From NCBI GenBank assembly GCA_965207445.1, contig CBDBLX010000002.1, positions 1,047,849-1,111,848 of the forward strand: a stretch of DNA of 64,000 nucleotides, in the 5' to 3' direction. The stretch is from Nitrosopumilus sp. (lineage in GTDB: Archaea; Thermoproteota; Nitrososphaeria; Nitrososphaerales; Nitrosopumilaceae). This document shows, piece by piece, positions 51,323-61,800 of the stretch. The translations under genes were made by a program, and so were the position numbers. Below the pieces are notes generated by a model that was given only the letters and a program-made list of their open reading frames with translations, was not told the origin of the DNA and ran no database searches. The stretch's first letter is position 1. Every line of letters begins with the position of its first letter.

Positions 51323-53290
51323 GTAACCGTTCAACCCCTCCCCCTCCCCCCAACCCCCCCTCAAGCCCAGAGTAGCACAGATGCGGCTTTGACTTGATTA
51401 TCTACCCACACACTACGTGTACTGGTACTCTAGATCAGATCGCAAGGTCAATACTGAGGTTATAAGCAGATATCGACACTCATTATTACCGTGAAAAATA
51501 ATGAGTGCAAATATCAATGATAATTCATCACGTGGATTGAATTTAACCAATATGGGTACGGGAGTGTCTTGAGATGGCTGTTGCAGTATCTGAGACGGTA
51601 GTGTTGCGCAGGGAACTACACGAAATGGCCACGCGGACAGATGGTCTTGTGGGTGTGGTAGAGTGCCTGATAGGCACAATGGAGAGTCTGAAGATGGACG
51701 TATTGAGTCAAAAAGTTAGGGCAGAATCGGCCATCCAGCAGAGAGATGAGATGCACGAACTATTGGATAGACAGATCAGACTGACAAAGGCTTTGACAAG
51801 TCTACTGTCTGAAAACAATATGGAGTTTGATGAGACTAAACTAGAAGAGTCCGTTCACACTCGCGATGAGAAGAGGGCAGAAAAGGCCGAAAAGGAACTT
51901 GATGATGAAAAAAAGCGAGGCAAGCGCACAAGTATCTCAAACACTCCTCCGTCCATGGCTGGCATGCACTATACCGAAATCCTCAAAGATGACAAAGCGC
52001 ACAAGTATCTCAAACACTCCTCCGTCCATGGGTGGTGATGCCCAGTCAAAGATTGCCAAATACCGCAAAAAGAATGCAGAAAACTACCAGGATGAGGAAT
52101 GGATAGACGCAGGCAAGAGCAAGAAAAGCAAGAGTGAGGGAAAGAAAGGTAAGAGTGCACACAGATCAAACCGCAACATATTGAAAGAGCATTCAGTACA
52201 AAGAGCACCCAATCCAAAAAGAACACAAGACGTCGTAAACAAAATCCAAAGGAGGCATACACGCTTGAGGAGATGCCAGTAACAGACGTGTGTGATTTGA
52301 CCACCACTACGTGTACGAATAAGAATTGTGATGCCGAAATCGATGTAGTTACGATAACAAAGGATGTTGTGGACATACCAAAACCAGTAAGGGCCACAAA
52401 AAGGCGCATCAAATCATCAAGAGGCACGTGTAAAAAGGGACACAAGATAGACACCCAACCCACAAAGGGTCTGACAAATGGCTCATCGTTTGGTCCTAAT
52501 ATCATGGCCTCGATAGTCTACATGTTCTTCTTTACGCTCAGCCTTTCTTCAATTGCAGACATGTTGCGCATGTACGGCATATATTCAGTCTCAAAGACTA
52601 CCATAATGGCTGCGTTGTCCGCCGCAGTCGCAAAGGAAAAGTTTGCATCTCGGGCAGCATACATTACAGGTAGGCTAAAAGACACCCGCGTCCTGCTTGC
52701 CGATGAAACTCCAATCAGAATTGGCAAGCACAGGGGATATGCATTGGGTGTTTATCGGAGAGTACGGGATATCCATCCACATCCACCGTACCCGAGGCCA
52801 GTCAGTAGTAGATTTACACTGCCCGTGTTTTGACATTCCAATTGTGGTGAATGGATATGCAGGATACAACAAATTCAAGGTCAGGCAGCGCTGCTGGGCG
52901 CATGTCCTCCGCGAAGCAGAACTGCTTGCCGCCATACATGGCGGTAATCTTGAAGAGATACACCACCGACTCCAATCCATATTCAGTAGCGCAAAAAAAC
53001 TTCCACCTTACATCACAGACGAGGAACTAAAGGGATGGATAGACAACGTCACACAGATCGCAGGCATATACAAGAGTCTCAGATATCTCACATTCGGCGA
53101 CAAGCTGGAAAATGCGGCACCTGACCTCTTTACGTTTGTCAAATATCCTGGCATGCTTCCCACAAACAACATGTCTGAGCGCACACTCAGGCCAGTTGTA
53201 CTGCACAAAAAGATTTGGCTCATGTTCCAGAGTGCGATCGGTATACAGCAGACGATAGCATACTGATGACGTGTATGATGACGTGGACTC
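51323..53290 (+). mobile_element. IS66-family element, decayed (left TIR only, frameshifted transposase 51574-53266)
   Basis: Starts GTAACCGTTCAACCCC, the MITE-B TIR; SNTPPS, SFGPN, ADET, QRCWAHVLR, PTNNMSERTLRP across four ORF fragments. Confidence 0.85.
51922..52031. repeat. Perfect 37-bp direct repeat with a 36-bp spacer, inside the transposase
   Basis: AAGCGCACAAGTATCTCAAACACTCCTCCGTCCATGG at 51922-51958 and 51995-52031. Confidence 0.92.
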
Positions 53291-53408
53291 ACCACATTTT
53301 ACTCAAACTAAACTGTATATTTTTTTGTTGCACATTTAACAAGTCCATCATTTTTAACCATATCACTATATAGAAAAATTAAAATTCAAAAAGATACTAA
53401 ACTTATGT

Positions 53409-53531
53409 ATGATATGTGCTGCATGTGAGGCTAGACGGCATTATGATTGTATAGATTGCAAGAGTAATCACTCTACATATTTGTGTTCTTGTGACTGTCA
53501 CGATGAGAACACACCCCCACATGATACGTAA
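53409..53531 (+). CDS. 40-aa Cys/His-rich putative metal-binding microprotein
   Basis: MICAACEARRHYDCIDCKSNHSTYLCSCDCHDENTPPHDT; shorter than the ORFs in the track. Confidence 0.55.
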   Translation: MICAACEARRHYDCIDCKSNHSTYLCSCDCHDENTPPHDT

Positions 53532-53765
53532 TATATTACCATAATTCGAATCTTACTCTTTTTAGTCACTTTGATTTGGCAATTTTTTGTCTTGTTTGTG
53601 GCCAAAAACATCCATCTTATCAATTATTTGTAGAGTACTGTTTTATCATTACGCCTGTTTTGTTTTAAAGTTATTTTACGTATGATCTTTTTTATTTATT
53701 CATATACACTATATTTTGTGCAATGCTAAGATTCATAAAGAGATATTACTTCTGATTTCCAAACT

Positions 53766-55517
53766 ATGGAGACATCATTGGAATCTATTGGCACATTGGA
53801 ATATGTTCTTGACAAGTACTCGAAGACTTGGACTTGGAAAGTAACTGGTGATCGTGCAGTTAGTATGATATCTAGACTTGTACCTAATGCATGGTATGGT
53901 GAGAATGCAAGTGAAGTTATAATTCCTGATACTGCTGAGAGCCTAAAGCAGATCAAGATGATTCATGACCGATACCCCCTTGAGATACTCTCAAAATCTG
54001 AGTGGCAAAGAAAACTCACCCGTGTGCTGTCGCCTAGACCTGAACTCAAACCATTATCCCACAAACTAAAGCGAGCCAAGGTGGGTGAACAATTTCGTGG
54101 CAAATTACTTAATTTTCAAAAAGAGGGACTAGACTTTCTTATGAAATCTTCTGGCAATGCACTACTTGCCGATGAGATGGGGCTCGGTAAAACGGTGCAG
54201 ACTCTGGCGTATGCTGCTACAGAAAAGCAGACATTTCCTATGCTTGTAGTGGCTCCTCTTGTGACTTTGAGCAATTGGGAGTCTGAGATATCAAAATTCC
54301 TCAAGAAGAAGAGTCGTAATGGTCGTTTATTGGAAGATGATTCTCCATCAGTTGAGATGATTAGAACCGGCAAACGTGAACAACTACCTACATCTGATAT
54401 TTATCTGATAAATTATGAGTTACTCTACAAACGAAGAACGGATCTAAAAAAGACAAACATACGTACTATTGTATGTGATGAGGTTCACAATCTTCGCTCA
54501 AAGACTACTCAAAAGTACAAGGCTGTCAAAGAACTCGCAGCACTTGACTCTGTAAAGTATCGAATAGGTCTGTCTGGCACTCCCATATACAATCACGGCT
54601 CAGAAATATGGCCTATTGTAAATATTATCAAACCTGGTCTACTTGGTAGTTTCAAAGAATTCTGTGAATACTTTTGTTATGTAAATACAAAGGGCAAGGC
54701 TATAGTACTGGAAAATAAACGCTCATCTTTACACAACGAACTACAAAAACACGTCATGTTAAGACGCCGAAAATCTGACGTACTAAAAGAATTAAAAGAC
54801 AAGGTTAGGTATAAAGAAGTAGTTGCATCTGACTCTGATTATTATTTGGAGGAACTAGACAAGATCTGGACTCGTCTTACAACAGAACAAAAGAATGCAA
54901 AAGGTGAGTTTGAGCGGTCTGCTTCTTATCAGCGTGCCATAAAGAGTGAGCGACAGATTGCAGGAATTGCAAAGGTGCCTCATGTGATCAATTTTGTCAA
55001 AAACATCATGGAGATTGAGGAAAGCGTGGTGGTATTCTGTCACCACAAGGTAATACACAGCATGCTTCATGACAGTCTACACGAGTTCTCTCCAGTATCT
55101 ATAATTGGTGGGCAGACTGACTCTGTACGTGCAGACCAGATATCAAAATTTCAACGTGGAGAATCAAAGTTGATGATTGCCGGAATCAGGGCGGGAAATG
55201 TTGGAATAAATTTGACTGCTGCCAAATACGTGATATTTGCAGAGCTCGATTGGAGTCCTGCTGTGCATAGACAAGCAGAGGACAGATTGCACAGAATTGG
55301 GCAGAAAAACACTGTATTTGCATACTATTTGATAGGCAGTGGTACACTTGATGATCATGTAGCAAATGTTCTTGTCGACAAGAGTTATGAGATAGATGAG
55401 ATAATGGATGCAACTAGTGAGAAATTTGAGAACAAGGACAAGGCTGCTTTGATACTGGCTCAGATGCAAGACCGTCTAAATATACAACAACAACAACAAC
55501 AACAACAACCATCATAA
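53766..55517 (+). CDS. SNF2-family helicase (SMARCAL1-like)
   Basis: LADEMGLGKT, DEVH, SGTP, GINLTAA, QAEDRLHRIGQ; polyQ tail. Confidence 0.92.
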   Translation: METSLESIGTLEYVLDKYSKTWTWKVTGDRAVSMISRLVPNAWYGENASEVIIPDTAESLKQIKMIHDRYPLEILSKSEWQRKLTRVLSPRPELKPLSHKLKRAKVGEQFRGKLLNFQKEGLDFLMKSSGNALLADEMGLGKTVQTLAYAATEKQTFPMLVVAPLVTLSNWESEISKFLKKKSRNGRLLEDDSPSVEMIRTGKREQLPTSDIYLINYELLYKRRTDLKKTNIRTIVCDEVHNLRSKTTQKYKAVKELAALDSVKYRIGLSGTPIYNHGSEIWPIVNIIKPGLLGSFKEFCEYFCYVNTKGKAIVLENKRSSLHNELQKHVMLRRRKSDVLKELKDKVRYKEVVASDSDYYLEELDKIWTRLTTEQKNAKGEFERSASYQRAIKSERQIAGIAKVPHVINFVKNIMEIEESVVVFCHHKVIHSMLHDSLHEFSPVSIIGGQTDSVRADQISKFQRGESKLMIAGIRAGNVGINLTAAKYVIFAELDWSPAVHRQAEDRLHRIGQKNTVFAYYLIGSGTLDDHVANVLVDKSYEIDEIMDATSEKFENKDKAALILAQMQDRLNIQQQQQQQQPS

Positions 55518-55519
55518 CA

Positions 55520-56164
55520 TTATTCTATTTTTGCAGTTCTCTTTAGTGTATCGTACAACCCTGATAACTTTTGTAGCAATAGTCGTTGTTCTTGCACTGT
55601 GATACTTTCTGATGTGGATATAATACGTGTTATTTCATTTATCATGTTTAGTGGATTTGTTGTGTCATCTGAGTCTTGTGCGCTTGTATTTTCCCACAAC
55701 TTTGAGTCTTTGTTATCTGATGTGATCTCTTGTATGCCCTTGTCTGATATCTCATAGATCTTTTCAACCTTGTCGTTTCGTATTTGTGGTGTGATTATGA
55801 TGTATTGTTCTCTTTGTAGCATAATTAATGCCGTCTTTAATGTCTCGTCTAATTTCATATTTAATGAAACTGATATGGCTTGTATACTACATGACTGTAT
55901 CTCTAATAATCGAAGTATCCTAATTGCAAGTGGTACTGTGTTTGACCATAGTATGTTGTATGATGCATCAGTCATTGTAAATGATCCATTTTTACTATCC
56001 AATGTCAATAGTTCTCTGTCCCGCAATGATGCTAGTGCATCTAGAATTTTCCCAACCCCAAGACGTTTTAGATCAGAGTTTTCTATAACTGAATCAGTTA
56101 TTTTTTTGTTGTGAGTGGCTGCAAGTTGCAGTATCTCTAGGTCTATAGTTCCGAGCATTCTCAT
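55520..56164 (-). CDS. Thaumarchaeal hypothetical protein (tandem winged-helix-like)
   Basis: LGVGKILDALASLRDR...FTMTD and YEISDKG wing motifs. Confidence 0.65.
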   Translation of the reverse strand: MRMLGTIDLEILQLAATHNKKITDSVIENSDLKRLGVGKILDALASLRDRELLTLDSKNGSFTMTDASYNILWSNTVPLAIRILRLLEIQSCSIQAISVSLNMKLDETLKTALIMLQREQYIIITPQIRNDKVEKIYEISDKGIQEITSDNKDSKLWENTSAQDSDDTTNPLNMINEITRIISTSESITVQEQRLLLQKLSGLYDTLKRTAKIE

Positions 56165-56498
56165 AAGTGGTGTCTATGATATGTCTTATTGGGTTTAATA
56201 AGTTCGTTATGTTGTTTGCTTGTGAGAAATGATGATGTGATGTGTAAAGCCAATAAGGATAACGATGATTAAAATAAAGAACCAAAGATATTCTTGGAAC
56301 AAGTAATCATGTCACAATAAATACTCGACTCATTTTTGAATCATTATTTTAATTATCAGTGTTGCAAACTGATTATCTGCAATGCATTGGCATCTGTTGT
56401 TTATAGTGTGGATTGTAATGTGGCAGTGGCAGTAACATTATCTACTTTGCTGTTGTAGTGTCGTAATTATAGTAAGAATGTGTGTTAAAGTAGCAAAA

Positions 56499-57182
56499 TT
56501 ACGTACTTTGGCCTTTGCTGTTGTAGCGGGCATGTTTGATACCTGATTTCATAAACTCTAGTATAATGCTCGGGGCAGTCTGAATTTCCCCACGTTCTAG
56601 TATAACATCGGCTTGTTGTCTGATTGTACTGCATGTAGATGCGTGTGCAATGCCCATTTTACACATATTCATGAGTGTAATGTCATTTGCACCATCTACT
56701 ATACAAACCATATCTCCGGGTGATGCATCTGGAAGTGCTTTTTTAACAGTTGCTGCTTTATCTTCACCTACGTTTATGTGAACGCCATTTAATTTACCCT
56801 GTTCATCAAATATGAGATCGTTTGACAATATCATATCTAGTCCCAAATTTTGTCGGAGATTATCAGAAAACATCATCGAAAAACCACCTGATACCACTAT
56901 TATTTGCCATCCTGCTTGCTTCATGGTGTGACACATCTCTGTGATTCCTGGTGTCAGTGGCTGGCTTTTTGCAATTTTGGCACACAACTCATAAGATGTA
57001 CCACGCAAAGCGTCTATACGTGCTCGGAGTCCTGTTTCCCAGTCTATCTCCCCTTGAATCCCTTGTCGGGTTATCTTGTCTACCTTGGCACCTATCGTTT
57101 CCCCATCCTCTCGTGCTGCTGCTAATCGAGGAAGGTATTCTGCATCAAACAATACGCCCTCTGCATCAAGTATAAGCATCAT
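56499..57182 (-). CDS. serB: Phosphoserine phosphatase (HAD family)
   Basis: LDAEGVL, IT.QGIQG.I.W..GL..R, VSGGF, DGAND. Confidence 0.85.
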   Translation of the reverse strand: MMLILDAEGVLFDAEYLPRLAAAREDGETIGAKVDKITRQGIQGEIDWETGLRARIDALRGTSYELCAKIAKSQPLTPGITEMCHTMKQAGWQIIVVSGGFSMMFSDNLRQNLGLDMILSNDLIFDEQGKLNGVHINVGEDKAATVKKALPDASPGDMVCIVDGANDITLMNMCKMGIAHASTCSTIRQQADVILERGEIQTAPSIILEFMKSGIKHARYNSKGQST

Positions 57183-57520
57183 TATATCACGTCGCCTCTG
57201 TCTCTATAATAAAAAGTATGATGCATGATCTGCGTGGCAATTTTATACATTCATAAAATTTGTATTAATAACATATTGCACCATCATCGTATACTGTTGT
57301 GAGTGTAATGTGTGGTAACCTAGTACGCAATATTATAATCATGTTGACTAATTACATACATCAAAATAAAAAGATCATAGATTCATGATAAAATGAAAAG
57401 ACTGACTTCAAAATCATCAGAAACTTACAATTCTGTGTTGATTGTGTACAGTTAGTACACTTGTGTGATGTGGTAAACGTCTCGTGTGACGGTTATATTT
57501 GGATATTTTTTGTGTATGGT

Positions 57521-58282
57521 GTGGTTTACTATGTGTTACCCTCCATATCATATACATATGATGAACTAGAGCCATTTGTAGATGAACGGACTATGCGGTT
57601 GCATCACTTACAACATCATAAATTCTACGTAGATGGGCTCAATGACACTCTGTCTCGTATATGTGGCAGCAATCACCCTCAACATATATCATCAATATTA
57701 TCTAACCTATCGTCGTTACCTGTATCTGAGCGTGCAAATGTTGCCTTTTTTGGAGGTGGCTTTGAGAATCATCGTATACTATGGGAAACAATAGCGCCGC
57801 CTGAATCTGTTACACGTGACTCTAACACTGTCAATCATACTGTTGATGATGCTGTTGCATCCAACAACCATGAACACGATTATAACAAACATGACTATGT
57901 GAGATGTGGTGATATTGCTAATAATGTGTGCAATTATATACTAAAAAAACCTAGTGGTAAACTCGATGATGCAATCGATGTTTATTTTGGTGGCTTTGAA
58001 TCATTTAAAGATATTTTTACAAAGAGCGCCATGTCTTTGCAGGGAAGTGGATGGTGCTGGCTTGTAATAAACCCTACATATAACAGACTTGAAATCACAT
58101 CTGTTTTCAATAATGATACTCCTTGGATGTTTGGACAAATTCCTTTGTTGGGGCTTGATCTCTGGGAGCATGCGTACTATCTTAAATATCAAAATGATCG
58201 TCTCAAATATGTAAACATGTGGTGGTATACAATAAACTGGCAAAATGTTGAGAGTAGGTTTGTATCAAATACTGAATATTAA
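57521..58282 (+). CDS. sod: Fe/Mn superoxide dismutase
   Basis: LHHLQHH, ENH, GSGWCWL, DLWEHAYYLKYQN; the start position is uncertain. Confidence 0.92.
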   Translation: MVYYVLPSISYTYDELEPFVDERTMRLHHLQHHKFYVDGLNDTLSRICGSNHPQHISSILSNLSSLPVSERANVAFFGGGFENHRILWETIAPPESVTRDSNTVNHTVDDAVASNNHEHDYNKHDYVRCGDIANNVCNYILKKPSGKLDDAIDVYFGGFESFKDIFTKSAMSLQGSGWCWLVINPTYNRLEITSVFNNDTPWMFGQIPLLGLDLWEHAYYLKYQNDRLKYVNMWWYTINWQNVESRFVSNTEY

Positions 58283-58439
58283 ACCACTCAAATTACAAAT
58301 AACACAATTCACACTGGTGTGTTTTACTCTACAGTCACTGGCCCTATGCGAGGTGAGGTACTTGGGCAGATCTACGGTAAACTCGCAGGTCTTGTCATCT
58401 GTCAAATCATATGATATGATCTACTATGCGTATCAATTT

Positions 58440-58519
58440 GTAACTGTTCAACTTTTTGTGCCTGCACCAGATATAGTCGATGAATCTGTGTCTAAATTTG
58501 GGAAAGGACTGAACGTTAT
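58440..58519. mobile_element. MITE family B, copy 4 (degenerate)
   Basis: GTAACTGTTCAAC...GATGAATCTGTGTCTAAATTTGG...TGAACGTTA. Confidence 0.75.
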
Positions 58520-58522
58520 TGT

Positions 58523-58639
58523 GTGTAGGGTATGTGTAGGGTATGTGTAGCGCTGGATACGTTGGGTATGACATCTATAGTCGAGGTGGGGTATGTGTAG
58601 GGTATGTGTAGGGTATGTGTAGGGTATGTGTAGGGTATG
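58523..58639. repeat. 11-bp G-rich tandem repeat (TAGGGTATGTG) in two blocks
   Basis: About 2.5 and 4.5 units seen directly. Confidence 0.9.
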
Positions 58640-58701
58640 ACACGTTATGTCATTCAAATTTTGATAACAAAAACGATCTCTAAAAACACATAGATCGCAT
58701 G

Positions 58702-58797
58702 CATGGCAACTCTGGTTAGTTGAAAGTCACCCAACGGCCGCATCAATTATGCGCCCGACGGAATTACTGACACATGGCAACTCTGACTAGTTGAAAG
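58702..58797 (+). CRISPR. Possible degenerate two-repeat CRISPR-like mini-array; no cas genes in the window
   Basis: CATGGCAACTCTG(GT/AC)TAGTTGAAAG twice, period 71, with a GTTGAAAG 3' end and a GC-rich intervening sequence. Confidence 0.35.
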
Positions 58798-58876
58798 GCG
58801 TCTACACCAGTGGTTATAGCACCACTACAAATAAAATAATATTATCATATAATATGCAACAATAATGTGACATAAA

Positions 58877-61800
58877 TCAGCGACATATTTTTGGCATGTA
58901 CATTGACATTGAAAAGTCATCATTGTTGTATGGTACCCAATCAGCATCGCTCATCATCCATGCCTGATAAGGTGTATCTTTTAGGTCTCCATTTGAGTTC
59001 AACTCAGTTGAACCTATTGCACCTACATATTGGGCAGAAGTATCAATTATCACGTTCTCAACATTAGTCGAATCATCTGTCTGTGCACTCAAAAGCGACA
59101 GCCCAAGCAACCAGATGGTATCATATGCATAATGTACATACGGGCTAGGATCAATACCGTTTTGCATCAAATGTGCAACTATCTCTTGATTGATTGCATT
59201 TTCATGAACTGTGGGTTGTAATACGGTAAACTGTACTCTGTTTGCAAAGGCAGTGGATATGGGATTCTCAGAGATATTCGGATCCGCAGTATTCTGATCT
59301 GCTCCAAACCACCTAATATCATCTAGCACATCATACTCTGAGGCTGCACTGAGAAATTCAGGACTTTCACCGAATCCGGTATAAAACACTGCAACGTTAT
59401 GTACTCCATGCTCTTCGATTGCATCTTGAACTACTGTTGCAAGTTCTTGTGCTGCTTGCATGTAAACGGTACGCGCATTAGTATCATCTGACACCGTACC
59501 AACATCATCAAACAGATATTCATAATATATGATATCATCAGATGTGCCACCATCCCTCTCAAATGCAGTCTTTGTGGCATCCAAGAGTTCAACTGACCAT
59601 GCTGCTTGTATCCCTACGGGTATAATATGAGATATTCCGGCACTCTGATGTCGCATGACATCAACGATCGCCTGTCCGTGTTTGTGTTGGTCAGGTAAGA
59701 GACGAAATAGTGCATCATCTTCTATGGACAGTGATGGAACAGAAGAGCAACAGCTGAGTAGAACCATATCGTTATCATTTGCATAATTGATTACATCTGG
59801 TGTAATAAGATCAATTGATGGACCTGCCACAATTTTGATACCTTCGTTGTTGAGTGCCATCAGATGTGACAATACTGTGCTTGGATTTGTACCTGTGTCC
59901 AAATATCGTATATTCAGTGACCAATTTTCATCACGAACTGTCAGATATTCATTAAAGTGGGACTCTGCAAGTTCGAATCCTGCTTGCATATCTTGACCGT
60001 ATTTAAAGGCATTTCCGGTGATCGATGTTAGTGCACCAATAGTGACACTGCCAGAAAGAGACTTTGCATCAATAATCTCGCTCCAATATCCGACACCAAA
60101 TGGATATGTAGAATCATCAAACTTTTTTACAATCATACTTGTGATACTATCAGTAGAGTCGCGCCCAATCTCACCTGAGAGGTAAAATGGACCATTGCTG
60201 ATCACAAGATGGTTTTTGTCTTCAATCCATGATATGGATGCATTGTATCGCTCACTTACATAATCAAAAGTTGCATTCTGATACAAAAAGACCGGAACGT
60301 GCATCTCATTATTAGCATCTTTAAAGGCACGTAGATGTACAAGTGCCAATTCAGCATCTGCAGAATCAAGCATATCAAACCAATTCCCACTGTTCGCCTG
60401 TGCAACTTCAGCATACCAATCAGCATCTCCGTTACTAACCACCTCATTCATGGCAATGTATATCTCCCAAGGAACAGTTGGCCAAAGGCTCGCCCTTGTC
60501 ACTATATCTGCCTCATCCTGGCTCCAGTAATCAAGATAAACGTCAATTGTATCATCATCAATTACATCGATTGCTACAATGTCACGGCTTACATCAAGAT
60601 CAGTATACTGGTCTGTGGCCAAATCAGTTTCACTCATCATCGTCATAGATTCTGGATCAAATACAAACAAGTATAATATATCATTAATATCCATAGGTTG
60701 TCCATTGTGCCAGTTTGCCAATTTGAGATCATATCTAATTTTACTAGTGGCCTCTGTAACCTCTGGTGCAGTCCACATATTTGTCTCCGAATTCCAGATT
60801 ATGGCACTAGACGGAACACCAAGCTTTTCATCAGGACCATTAGTTTGAACAGAGATCAATTCATTTCGTGCATTTACTAGTTCTCTAGTATATGGATCTC
60901 GAATGTATGAAGTATCACGTAATAATGACCATATCTCTAAACCATAAGAGTCACGCAAACCACCAATTGGGTTCCATGAACCCTGTGATATGTGACGTAC
61001 GCCAATATTGAGATTTGTATCGTCATCGGAGAGTTGTACATTCAGCGGTGTGTATCTATTTAAAATTCCACTAGCAGGAAGATTTACTACTCCCGTAACC
61101 TCAGAGCGTACAGGATAAGACGTACGTTCAGTGGCAATAAACACGCGCACAGACTCTGTGACACCCAAAGTGGTTGCTTTTACTACTAATTCTGCTCGCT
61201 CTTCAAGTGTCGTGTATGATTCTGTGTATAGTTCAATTGTTAAACGATCAATATCTTCATTTTGATATTGCCAAAAAGTCTCTTCTTCTCCACCCGGAAC
61301 ATTATTGTACCACGGTGCATAAAAAGTTCCCAGTAACGAGTCATCATATCTTCCATATCCATAATTTCCAAACGCCTCTGTATACAGATGCCACTGTTGA
61401 TCCGCCGGATCAGATGCATATACTGTTTGGTATGCCAATAAAAGATCTCCGTACTGGCGATTTACAGTAAAGCCAATACTCTCAAGATCATCGGCAAGTA
61501 ATTGACCTATCTGTTTTCTATTAGCGTCATCTTCTCTGATAAATATTGTAATTTCAATTGGTTGGTTATCATAATACCATTTATTGTCAGCAGATTTAAC
61601 TGCACCTATGGGCTCAAGTGCCTCTTCAAACAACATGTTTGCTTTTGCAAGATCATACGTAAATCCAAACGATTCAAGATTCCTATGTATTGAAATATAG
61701 TCAAAGCTGTGAGGGGGAATAGCTGAAATCATTGGAGAACCTGAGCCTAATATATCGCGTACAACAGAGTCACGATCGATCATATAGTTTAGTGCAAATC

